From: Candidatus Woesearchaeota archaeon
GTDB lineage: Archaea > Nanobdellota > Nanobdellia > Pacearchaeales > GW2011-AR1
Length of the DNA: 37,093 nt
Assembly: GCA_964604105.1 (NCBI GenBank)
Contig: CAZRXO010000003.1
Location: 1 to 37,093 of the forward strand
Reading direction: 5' to 3'
A program made the translations under genes and the position numbers. Every line of letters starts with the position of its first letter. The first letter of the stretch is position 1. The notes under the pieces were generated by a model, which worked only from the letters and a program-made list of their open reading frames with translations, ran no database searches and was not told the DNA's origin. Shown here piece after piece: positions 1 to 7,962 of the stretch.

Positions 1-28
1 TGCTGTTATGATTATTTATTAAAAAAAC

Positions 29-199
29 CTAAAAACTTTTGAGGGGTGCTATAAGTCTCTCATCGAAATTATCCCCCTCTAAAAAAGGTGTGTAATAAGT
101 GATTCTTGTTGGAGCTTTTTTATCCAAATCAATCGCAAGGTCGTGCATAAAAGTTCCTGACTTCTCATCAACCAATCGAACCAAATTTACTTGTACCAT
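29..199 (-). CDS. unannotated small ORF, 56 aa (MVQVNLVRLVDEKSGTFMHDLAIDLDKKAPTRITYYTPFLEGDNFDERLIAPLKSF), hypothetical
   Basis: Hand translation of the minus strand: ATG at 199, TAG at 29-31. Below the ORF-track length cutoff. Non-repetitive composition. Continues the minus-strand htpX unit. No motif recognised. Confidence 0.3.
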   Translation of the reverse strand: MVQVNLVRLVDEKSGTFMHDLAIDLDKKAPTRITYYTPFLEGDNFDERLIAPLKSF

Positions 200-261
200 A
201 GATTCTTAGAAGATAAGTTATTTATAAACTTTTCCATCAGATGTAACTTTAAAGTTACATC

Positions 262-465
262 TTATCCTCCAAACAACAATCCAAGAAACAAAACAATCCC
301 AAAGGTTCCCAAGAGGATTACAATAAACCAAAAAACTATTCTGTTAAATTGTTTTATATCTTTTTCCCCTTTTCTAATCAAAGGAAAATCAGGTTCATAT
401 TTTCTTTGACCTTCATTAAATTTCATTGGAGGAACTATTTCTTTGTTTTTAATTTTCCTTGGCAT
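262..465 (-). CDS. small membrane protein, 67 aa, C-terminal TM helix
   Basis: ORF track. Start codon lies 1 nt after the htpX stop (467), consistent with coupling. Hydrophobic C-terminus IVFWFIVILLGTFGIVLFLGLLF. Confidence 0.45.
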   Translation of the reverse strand: MPRKIKNKEIVPPMKFNEGQRKYEPDFPLIRKGEKDIKQFNRIVFWFIVILLGTFGIVLFLGLLFGG

Positions 466-466
466 T

Positions 467-1348
467 TTACATTCTCTCCAAATTCTTTATCCGTTTATCA
501 ATCGATGGATGTGTTGAACCCATTCCCTTAAATGGATTTGCAAAAAACAATGGAGCAACAGCCTTGCTGACTTTTTTCTCTGGCTTTACAACATCGGCCT
601 TAATTTTTTTCAAAGCCCCAATTAAACCAGTTGGATAACGAGTAAATTTAACAGCAGAAGCATCTGCACTAAATTCTCTTTTACGAGAAATTGACATTTG
701 AACTAACCACACAACAATCGGTGCAAGAATCGCCAACACAATTCCAATCACTAAAAAAACAACATTATTTTTATCATTACCTCCGCCCCGAAAAAACAAA
801 CTCCTCAAAAAAATCTGCGAAACAATTGAAATCATTCCAACCATAACCGCTACCAAAGTCATATACCTCATATCATAACTTGCGACATGCCCGAGCTCGT
901 GCGCCAATACACCCTCTAGTTCTCTTTTATCCAACTTTGCCAAAGCACCCTCAGTAACACATACAACAGCATGCTGCGGATCACGACCAGATGCAAAAGC
1001 ATTTATCTGTGCAGACTTCATAACATAAAGCCCAGGCATTGGCAAACCAGAAGCAATTGTCAAACCCTCGACAAGTTGATAATATTGTTTATAATTTTCA
1101 CGAGAAGCTTTCTTCGCCCCAACAGAAGCAATCGCGATTTTATCTGAATTATAATATGAAATTAAAAGATAACTTATTGAAATAATAATCGCAATAATTA
1201 AAATTATAAAAATATCAACACCGCCCCAAGCCATTCCAATCACCCAAACCAATGCAACAAGAACAGCAAACACAACAAACATTAGAAAAAAAGATTTCCA
1301 TTTGTTCCTCGAGATCTGATCACGGAAGTCTATACGAATTGGTTCCAT
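467..1348 (-). CDS. htpX: HtpX-like M48 zinc metalloprotease (membrane)
   Basis: HEXXH motif (HELGH) between TM segments, downstream EFSADA motif, two N-terminal and two central TM helices, C-terminal THPSIDKRI typical of HtpX. Confidence 0.9.
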   Translation of the reverse strand: MEPIRIDFRDQISRNKWKSFFLMFVVFAVLVALVWVIGMAWGGVDIFIILIIAIIISISYLLISYYNSDKIAIASVGAKKASRENYKQYYQLVEGLTIASGLPMPGLYVMKSAQINAFASGRDPQHAVVCVTEGALAKLDKRELEGVLAHELGHVASYDMRYMTLVAVMVGMISIVSQIFLRSLFFRGGGNDKNNVVFLVIGIVLAILAPIVVWLVQMSISRKREFSADASAVKFTRYPTGLIGALKKIKADVVKPEKKVSKAVAPLFFANPFKGMGSTHPSIDKRIKNLERM

Positions 1349-1380
1349 AATTTATATTGGGAAAAAGAGTTTTTAAAATT

Positions 1381-2061
1381 TTATTCCCCATCAAAATTCG
1401 GTAACTTAAGATAAAATTCTCCGTATTTTCTTATTAAATAATCGTAGACTCTTTCAACTTCTTTTCCTCTGTGATATCTTTTTAATAAAGGTAAGCATAC
1501 ATCCTGCAATCCCACAAACATAAAGTGTTTTTGTTCAGTATATTTTTTCTCATTCTCCAAATCCGCAGATAAAATTCTTAATTCATTTTCAATCTTGCTC
1601 ACACACTCATCTGTTCCAAAAGAATTTGCTTGCACAATTCCCCGACCGATTCCGATAAAATCTTCTAGATACTTTTCTTCAAATTCTTCTTCTATTTTCT
1701 CGTCGGAATGCGCTTTTCTAAAAAACAAATCTAAAGGATTATCTGTATCGCTTTTTTTGGAAATTAATCTTGAATAAAAATCTTTTCTTTCTTGAGAAAT
1801 CATTAATTCAAGTAGGGGGTCTGCAAAAACATAAATGCACGCTGCAGTAAGATGATAATCAATAAATAATTCAGAATCTATTTTTTCATACCCTCTAAAA
1901 ATATTATTAACTTTATTCAAAAATCCATCAAAACCTTTTCTACTAAAGTTTAGATTTCTCTCCCGAATTTTATGGATTATCTTAGCAACATCCTCAAATC
2001 TCCTCATAAGTCTCATATCCATTTCAAGACTAGTTCTTGACTCCAAATCCATTCCAACCAT
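1381..2061 (-). CDS. hypothetical cytoplasmic protein between lemA and htpX
   Basis: ORF track 1381..2070 begins at TTG. ATG at 2061 sits about 25 nt downstream of a TATA-like ctataaatat (minus strand). No motif recognised. Confidence 0.55.
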   Translation of the reverse strand: MVGMDLESRTSLEMDMRLMRRFEDVAKIIHKIRERNLNFSRKGFDGFLNKVNNIFRGYEKIDSELFIDYHLTAACIYVFADPLLELMISQERKDFYSRLISKKSDTDNPLDLFFRKAHSDEKIEEEFEEKYLEDFIGIGRGIVQANSFGTDECVSKIENELRILSADLENEKKYTEQKHFMFVGLQDVCLPLLKRYHRGKEVERVYDYLIRKYGEFYLKLPNFDGE

Positions 2062-2151
2062 ACAATTCAAAGCACAGAGAAATATTTATAGTTTTGTATA
2101 CTCAAAATTAATCAAACTTAACTTTATGTAAACGATTTTCTTATTTTATTT

Positions 2152-2712
2152 CTAATCAAACTTAACTTTAACAACTTCCCTTTCCTTTGGAGAAGTAACT
2201 TCAAAGAATTCTTTCTTTTTTCTTCCATATAAATTAGCGAAGAAATTACCAGGGAAAGTTGTTCTCATGTTTTCATAACTTAAAATTGAGTCATTGTAAA
2301 ATTGTCGAGAATAAGCAACTTTATCCTCTGTGCTTGCAAGTTCTCTTTGCAATTCCAAGAAATTTGTGTTTGCTTTCAAATCAGGATAACCCTCGGCAAT
2401 TGCAAATAATTTTCCTAAAGCACCTTCAAGTTTTTGGTCTGCCTTAATTTTTCCTTCAAATCCTTTTGCACCAACAAGAGCCTTTCGAGCTTCTGTCACA
2501 GATTTTATCGCCGCTGTTTCGTGTTTCGCATAACCTTTTACTGTCTCAATCAAATTCGGAATTAAATCTGCCCGTCTTTTCAACTGAACATCAATCTGCG
2601 ACAATGAATTATCAATCCTGTTCGACAAAACAGCGAACCGATTATAATACACAAAAAATGCAATTGCAATTAATACTGCAAGAATTATTATTAACCAAAC
2701 AAACCATAACAT
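2152..2712 (-). CDS. lemA: LemA family protein
   Basis: N-terminal TM helix followed by YNRFAVLSNRIDNSLSQIDVQLKRRADLIPNLIETVKGYAKHE, the characteristic LemA core. Confidence 0.9.
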   Translation of the reverse strand: MLWFVWLIIILAVLIAIAFFVYYNRFAVLSNRIDNSLSQIDVQLKRRADLIPNLIETVKGYAKHETAAIKSVTEARKALVGAKGFEGKIKADQKLEGALGKLFAIAEGYPDLKANTNFLELQRELASTEDKVAYSRQFYNDSILSYENMRTTFPGNFFANLYGRKKKEFFEVTSPKEREVVKVKFD

Positions 2713-2858
2713 AAAATAAATAAGAAAGAGGAGTTTATAAAATTAATCCTAAAGAGATTTTCTATAATGGTTATTCCCAACCTTTAAGCATAGTCCTTAT
2801 CCTGACAGAAAATTTTTCCAACCCAAAATATTATTTTTGCTAATAACTGGTTTTCATC

Positions 2859-3257
2859 TTATTCAAAAGAATACATAAAACTTTTTGCATAACCTCTTGC
2901 TCCACCAACCCTTCCGGGAGAAGTCACTGAAGGAACAAAAAATAAAAAAGGAAGTTTAATAATTGCTTCCTCTTCTTCAGAAGTATACTCTTTGAGAGAT
3001 TTATCTGAAACTCTTTCACTAACTAGTAAACTCAGTCCTAAAGCATATATTGATAACGGATTTAAATCATTGTATATTCTTTCAAAATCATCGAATAATT
3101 TTTTACATATTTGCCCAGAATCATAAGACTCATTCCAAACAGCAGTTGCTCTTGTGAAAGGAAGTTTAGTTTTATCTCTTCCAAAGCAGTAATATAATTG
3201 CCCAACTTGTTCAAGTGTTAATCGTGTTAATCTTTTTGTCATTTTATTTTTTGTCAA
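2859..3257 (-). CDS. hypothetical protein, 132 aa
   Basis: ORF track. Overlaps the upstream ORF by 14 nt (operon-like). No motif recognised. Confidence 0.5.
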   Translation of the reverse strand: MTKNKMTKRLTRLTLEQVGQLYYCFGRDKTKLPFTRATAVWNESYDSGQICKKLFDDFERIYNDLNPLSIYALGLSLLVSERVSDKSLKEYTSEEEEAIIKLPFLFFVPSVTSPGRVGGARGYAKSFMYSFE

Positions 3258-3648
3258 TTTTATTTTTAATCACTCTTTTGAATTCATTCATCTCTTCGAT
3301 TCCAAGGGGAATAATCTCGCTGAATCTATAATAATCATTATGCCCAGCATAATTTAGAGATGTTCCTTGGACGATGAGTCCATCAAAATTTTGAAAATAA
3401 ATTGTTTCATAAGACGAAAGAAGAATTTCAGTAGTCATTAAATCGGCTAGCTCAGAAATAGACTTTCTTGTTCTATAATCTTCCCAATCTTCTCCTTGAA
3501 ATTTTACTTTACAACCATAAGCAATATATTTCTCTGGAGAAAAGCCAGTTTTTCCTAACAAAATAGTTCTAACTGTTGATTTCTCTGTTTTCATTTTTTC
3601 CTTTTCTTCAGGTTTTTTTAATCCAAGTATTTCTCTTAATGTTTTCAT
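3244..3648 (-). CDS. hypothetical protein, 134 aa
   Basis: ORF track. Divergent from the tandem Lrp/AsnC gene. No motif recognised. Confidence 0.5.
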   Translation of the reverse strand: MKTLREILGLKKPEEKEKMKTEKSTVRTILLGKTGFSPEKYIAYGCKVKFQGEDWEDYRTRKSISELADLMTTEILLSSYETIYFQNFDGLIVQGTSLNYAGHNDYYRFSEIIPLGIEEMNEFKRVIKNKIDKK

Positions 3649-3734
3649 CTTACTATTTCAGTGTGAATACAATTAATAAAACTTATTTCAGAATATTCTA
3701 CCGAAATAACAAGATTTATAAAATATAAGTAATT

Positions 3735-4724
3735 ATGTTAAATATGGACAAGAAAGATTTAAAGATACTTACCGAGTTAGATAAAGATGCTAGGCAATCC
3801 AACCAACAAATTGGGAGAAAAGTTGGATTAAGTAAAGAAGTAGTAAAATATAGAATTGATAAACTAATCGAGGATAAGACTATTATTAGATTTCATGCAG
3901 TAATTAATTATTTTAAATTGGGAATTATGAAATTTAAACTTTATCTTAGATTAACAAATGCAAATAAAGAAAAGATTGAAGAAATAGCAAATTATTTCTT
4001 CAGACATAAAAAAACAGAATGGGTTGTTACCACAACCGGAAGATGGGATTTAATAGTTGGGTTTCTCGTAAAAAATGCCAATGAATTTGATGATGAAATT
4101 CAAATCGCCATGAATAAATTTTCTAAGTCCATAATTGAAAAAGCAGTTACAACGACATTGGAGCTATCTCATCAATCAAGGGAATTTCTAAAAGATTCAG
4201 AATCTAAAAAAAGAGAGATTGTTTATCATACCTTAAAAGATCCTTTAGCAAAGGTGGATGATGTTGATTTAGAAATTTTAAAGATTCTTGTAAATAACTC
4301 CAGAATTCCTATAACACAAATAGCCTCTAGATTAAAAACTACGGCGAGAATTGCCCAATACAAGATTGATTCCCTTGAAAAGAAAAAAATTATTCTCGCT
4401 TACAAAGCACAATTAGATCCTCCTAAGGTAGGAAGAATTTTTTGTAAAGCATTATTATATCTAACAAATACAACTCAAAAAAGACTTGAAGAATTTATTT
4501 TATATACCTCCTCGCTAAAAGATGCGGTCTGGCCACAAAAGGTTTTAGGAGCATGGGATTTTGAATTAGATTTTGAATTAGAAAGCTATGATAGATTTCA
4601 AGAAATACTTTTAGAGTTAAAAGAAAAATTTCCAGACTTAATTAAAAACCATGAGTTCTGTATAGTCTCTAAGGAATATAAATTAGACTTTTTCCCAGGA
4701 GCATACAGAGAAATAACAATTTGA
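3735..4724 (+). CDS. tandem (duplicated) Lrp/AsnC-family transcriptional regulator
   Basis: Two Lrp/AsnC-type wHTH segments in one 329-aa chain: DLKILTELDKDARQSNQQIGRKVGLSKEVVKYRIDKLIEDKTI and DLEILKILVNNSRIPITQIASRLKTTARIAQYKIDSLEKKKII. Each is followed by a segment of about 80 aa. Start could be ATG 3735 or 3744. Confidence 0.8.
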   Translation: MLNMDKKDLKILTELDKDARQSNQQIGRKVGLSKEVVKYRIDKLIEDKTIIRFHAVINYFKLGIMKFKLYLRLTNANKEKIEEIANYFFRHKKTEWVVTTTGRWDLIVGFLVKNANEFDDEIQIAMNKFSKSIIEKAVTTTLELSHQSREFLKDSESKKREIVYHTLKDPLAKVDDVDLEILKILVNNSRIPITQIASRLKTTARIAQYKIDSLEKKKIILAYKAQLDPPKVGRIFCKALLYLTNTTQKRLEEFILYTSSLKDAVWPQKVLGAWDFELDFELESYDRFQEILLELKEKFPDLIKNHEFCIVSKEYKLDFFPGAYREITI

Positions 4725-4797
4725 TTATTATATATCCCACAACAAGAATTCTTATAAACACAAATCTCATTAAGTAATCATAAAAAGAGGATTGGAA

Positions 4798-5388
4798 ATG
4801 TTTCGTAAAAAAAAGAAACTACACATTTATTTATTTCGGCATGGTCAGACAACTTATAATCGTGATGAAATTTTTACTGGTTGGAAAGATGCAAAGCTAA
4901 CAAAACAAGGAATAAAGCAAGCAAACACAATCGCGCGAAAATTAAAAAACAAAAAATTCCAAGTTGCATTTCACACAAGACTCTCTCGTTCTATAGATAC
5001 ATTAAAACCGGTTTTAAGAGACCACCCAGAATGTGTTGCATTAATTAAAAACGATTTAATGATTGAAAGAAATTATGGAATTTATTCTGGGACATCCCAT
5101 GAAACTTTTATCAACAAAAGGGGTAAAGAAGAATATAAATTAATTCATCGGGGTTGGGACGTAAAAATTCCAAAAGGCGAAAACTTTTCTCAAGTGGAAA
5201 AAAGAGTAAAAAAATTCATCAAGGAATTAAAAAAGTTCATGAAAAAAAACAAAGTCAGCGTCGCCATTTCTGCCCACGGAAATTCAATTCGACTTTTCAG
5301 AAAAATCTGGGAAAAGGCAACAATCAAAGAAACAGTTTCGTGGTTTATTCCATACGACAAAATTTATCGTTATACCATAGAAGTTTAA
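4798..5388 (+). CDS. histidine phosphatase superfamily protein (cofactor-dependent phosphoglycerate mutase-like)
   Basis: RHG motif (LFRHGQTTYN) plus second catalytic His context (SAHGNSIR). Track ORF starts at TTG 4792. ATG 4798 is preceded by aaagagga. Confidence 0.85.
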   Translation: MFRKKKKLHIYLFRHGQTTYNRDEIFTGWKDAKLTKQGIKQANTIARKLKNKKFQVAFHTRLSRSIDTLKPVLRDHPECVALIKNDLMIERNYGIYSGTSHETFINKRGKEEYKLIHRGWDVKIPKGENFSQVEKRVKKFIKELKKFMKKNKVSVAISAHGNSIRLFRKIWEKATIKETVSWFIPYDKIYRYTIEV

Positions 5389-5594
5389 ATTAAAAAATTA
5401 AAATGCCCGGGCACTTTACATGAAAGTTGTGAGCATTATTAGGCTGAATTATTTCTTTTTACCTTTTTTTGCAGGTTTCTTTTTTGCCATAGTTCCACAC
5501 CTCCTTTTGTAGCGGATACAATTGCACTATAGTTTAGTTTTTAAATTATTTGAGCCACTAAAAAGTTACATTTTTACAACGATAAACCTTAAAA

Positions 5595-5725
5595 ACCCTC
5601 GGTGTTCAAGTGATTTAATTAAACTTGGAGGTCGAGTGATTTCGAGACCCAACAAAGGGGGTATCCCTGTGGGAGGGTAAGGTTAACGAGCAATTATTAA
5701 CCTGTGCGGGGTCGCGAGAAAAGAT
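5595..5725. ncRNA. GC-rich structured segment (candidate sRNA or 5' leader), identity unknown
   Basis: Locally GC-rich in an AT-rich intergenic gap. Hairpins readable by eye: CCTC..CAAGT/ACTTG..GAGG at about 5598-5631, and GGTTAA/TTAACC at about 5681-5703. G-runs present. No family recognised. Confidence 0.2.
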
Positions 5726-5730
5726 TTAAT

Positions 5731-5853
5731 ATGCCAGAAGATGAATATGAAGAAGACGAAGAATCTGACGAGGATGAAGAAGACGAAGAATCTGACGATG
5801 ATGTAGCTGATGATTCTGACGAAGATTCTTTTGACGACGATGAAGAAGATTAG
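5731..5853 (+). CDS. unannotated 40-aa polyacidic micro-ORF (MPEDEYEEDEESDEDEEDEESDDDVADDSDEDSFDDDEED)
   Basis: Hand translation: ATG 5731, TAG 5851-5853. Contains a perfect 25-nt direct repeat with 27-nt period (5747-5771 and 5774-5798). Could be a non-coding repeat. Confidence 0.3.
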   Translation: MPEDEYEEDEESDEDEEDEESDDDVADDSDEDSFDDDEED

Positions 5854-5926
5854 TTCCTAATCAAATAATTTTTTATTTTTATTTTTTAATATAAAATTTT
5901 AAAAACCCCTTTTCCTTTTCCCTCAA

Positions 5927-6100
5927 ATGACAATTAAAATAAACCGAGAAACATGTATTGGTTGCGCATTATGTGAATCAATCTGTCCAGAAGTTTTTAA
6001 AATGGACGACGAATTCAAGGCAACAGTAAAAACACAAAAAGATTTGCCTTGTGTAAAAGAAGCAATTGAAAGTTGTCCTGTTGAATGTGTTACTAATTAA
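5927..6100 (+). CDS. fdx: ferredoxin, single [4Fe-4S]/[3Fe-4S] cluster type, 57 aa
   Basis: Hand translation MTIKINRETCIGCALCESICPEVFKMDDEFKATVKTQKDLPCVKEAIESCPVECVTN. CxxCxxCxxxCP plus distal CP motif, collinear with Pyrococcus furiosus-type ferredoxin. Below the ORF-track cutoff. Confidence 0.88.
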   Translation: MTIKINRETCIGCALCESICPEVFKMDDEFKATVKTQKDLPCVKEAIESCPVECVTN

Positions 6101-6697
6101 TTATTTCTTCTTAAATCTAAAACCTCGAATCAAGTGCTCAATACTTTTACCGACGACAAAAATAAAACTTCCTAACATTCCCAAAATCAAATCAATCATT
6201 GTATCATCAATTTTTGACACAACCAAATTAAGTTTTTCAATGCCACTAATATCTCGAATATAAACTCCTTGCAAATTCATATTCCAAACTAAATCCATCA
6301 AATATTCTCCAATTTCGTGAATCGCCAAGAACGACATCATAAACATAAATGTTATCAAAAGTTTCCATTGAATAGATAGATTTTTTCTATCAGCAATATG
6401 ATAAACAAGAAAACTCGCAAGAATAGGCATAACAAAGTGAAGAATTTTATCATAAATTGTATAAATTGCATATAGTGGTGCAAACAAAATTCCAAAAGCG
6501 AGAATAATCAAAATAATATAATAATGCCAAATTTTAAATTCAAGTTTAAACATATAATCAATACTATAAAATACAATCAATCCGAAGATAAATCCCAAAA
6601 CTCTTACAGAAGTAGACAAACTTTGAAATAAATAAAACACAAGCAAAATAAAAACTGAAATCCCTGCTAAAAATCTCCTCTTATATTTGTAATCCAT
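6101..6697 (-). CDS. polytopic integral membrane protein, unknown function
   Basis: ORF track. About 6 hydrophobic helices, HEIGEY motif. Family not recognised. Confidence 0.6.
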   Translation of the reverse strand: MDYKYKRRFLAGISVFILLVFYLFQSLSTSVRVLGFIFGLIVFYSIDYMFKLEFKIWHYYIILIILAFGILFAPLYAIYTIYDKILHFVMPILASFLVYHIADRKNLSIQWKLLITFMFMMSFLAIHEIGEYLMDLVWNMNLQGVYIRDISGIEKLNLVVSKIDDTMIDLILGMLGSFIFVVGKSIEHLIRGFRFKKK

Positions 6698-6771
6698 AAA
6701 ATAAAGAAAGAACTTTTGTATAAAAATCTTCCTAACACAAACTTTATTAAGATTATTTCTTTTATCCTAAC

Positions 6772-7917
6772 ATGTTTAATAAAAAGGGGTTGTCCGCAGT
6801 TGTCGCCACATTAATGATTATTTTGCTTGTGTTAATTGCAATAGGAATTATTTGGGTTGTGGTAAAAAATGTAATCACTGAGGGTTCTGAACAAGTTTCA
6901 ATCGATAAATTTTCTTTAGATTTGAAAATAAAAAATGCAATGCTCAATGATGAAACAGGTGAATTAAATGTAGTTCTTGAAAGAGGGGCAGGTAAAGGAG
7001 AATTAAAAGGAATAAATTTTGTTTTATTTGACGGGACAAGCTCAGAAGTTGTAGAAGTTCTTGACTCTGCACAATCAATGCCTGGAGAACTTGAAACAAA
7101 AACATTTTCTGTTGCAGCAGAAGATTTGGAGGAATTAGAGATAGACAAAATAATAAAAGTTTCAGTCGCACCAATCTTTGAATCTAGTTCTGGGGAAAAA
7201 CAAATTGAAGATATTATCGCAGAAAGAGTCATTGGAGAATGTACTGATACTTGTGGGGATTTAGAATGTGGAACTGTTTGTGGAACAAGTTGTGGAACTT
7301 GTGAAGGAGGATATTCTTGTAATCAAGGTCAATGTGAAGAAACTCCTTGTGAAAAAGATTGCACAAATTTACAATGTGGTCTTGATCCAATTTGTGGAGA
7401 AAGTTGTGGAAGCTGTTCTGAACCAGAAACTTGTCAAGAAGGAATTTGCAAAGAACCAGTTGTCCCAAAAGATTGTAATGTCGACGGTTCTGCGAGTTCA
7501 ACAGGAGTAACTTGTTCTGGGGCAGGTGAAGATGAAACTTCTGCAACAATTGATTCTTGTGGAGATAAGGGCGGTACTTTCACTTATGTAGATAATATAG
7601 AATTAGATAAGTCAAAATTTTCTGTTGGAGAAGAAATCACCGTCGCTTGCAAAGTGCATTGTTTTTACATTGGTTCAACTTATTACAAGATATTTTACAA
7701 AAAAAATTCAGGAGATTGGAATGAAATATCTTCTGGTGCATGCCAAGGAGGGGGAGAAAATTATAAAGAATTTTTTGCAGAAACATTTACAATTGAAGAG
7801 GGAGATTCAACACAATATGTTCGGTGTGCCTCAGCACTTTATAATCCTTCTTATGAAGATGGTTGTTCCTCTGCAATGTATGTTGATCACGACGACTTAG
7901 ATTTTATTGTGGAATAA
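6772..7917 (+). CDS. archaeal type IV pilin-like protein (class III signal peptide) with two Cys-rich modules and a C-terminal globular domain
   Basis: N-terminus MFNKKG/LSAVVATLMIILLVLIAIGIIWVV fits archaeal pilin N-terminal domains (short basic leader, G, then hydrophobic helix). Two tandem CxxLxCG...CGxSCGxC...C..G.C modules at residues about 157-227. Confidence 0.8.
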   Translation: MFNKKGLSAVVATLMIILLVLIAIGIIWVVVKNVITEGSEQVSIDKFSLDLKIKNAMLNDETGELNVVLERGAGKGELKGINFVLFDGTSSEVVEVLDSAQSMPGELETKTFSVAAEDLEELEIDKIIKVSVAPIFESSSGEKQIEDIIAERVIGECTDTCGDLECGTVCGTSCGTCEGGYSCNQGQCEETPCEKDCTNLQCGLDPICGESCGSCSEPETCQEGICKEPVVPKDCNVDGSASSTGVTCSGAGEDETSATIDSCGDKGGTFTYVDNIELDKSKFSVGEEITVACKVHCFYIGSTYYKIFYKKNSGDWNEISSGACQGGGENYKEFFAETFTIEEGDSTQYVRCASALYNPSYEDGCSSAMYVDHDDLDFIVE

Positions 7918-7962
7918 AAATTAAACAAAAACATTTATTAATTCCCAACTCTTCTCCAACCT

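Noticed and set aside
191-531. Plus-strand ORFs 191..409 and 349..531
   Set aside because: They overlap the minus-strand htpX 3' end and its coupled small membrane ORF. Their translations are low-complexity (F/I/N-rich) with no start context.
2745-2830. Possible extra copies of the intergenic repeat at 2745-2830 and 5520-5630
   Set aside because: Only short patches match (attaatcctaaagag; actaaaaagttaca; ggtgttcaagtgat). This is too weak by eye to call and needs a profile search.
5154-5393. Alternative-frame or antisense track ORFs inside recognised genes (for example 5154..5393, 7229..7549, 7268..7510, 7625..7900, 8292..8513, 8738..9212, 9578..9784, 10139..10342, 24368..24628, 24634..24867, 24999..25226, 25889..26572, 29790..30161, 34939..35342, 36701..36955)
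   Set aside because: Each is nested in a longer ORF whose product has clear family motifs. In an AT-rich genome these short open frames are expected by chance.
5595-5725. GC-rich segment as 5S rRNA, SRP RNA, RNase P RNA or a C/D-box sRNA
   Set aside because: Its length and sequence do not resemble the archaeal 5S or SRP helix-8 motifs I can recall. No RUGAUGA/CUGA box pairs are present (only GTGATTT strings). Left as an unassigned structured candidate at low confidence.
6762-7232. 156-aa antisense ORF opposite the pilin-like gene, and the similar 22953..23417 ORF opposite the second pilin gene
   Set aside because: Their mutual similarity simply mirrors conservation of the sense-strand pilin N-termini. 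The sense products have clear class III signal peptides, while the antisense products are Ser/Thr/Ile-rich with no features.
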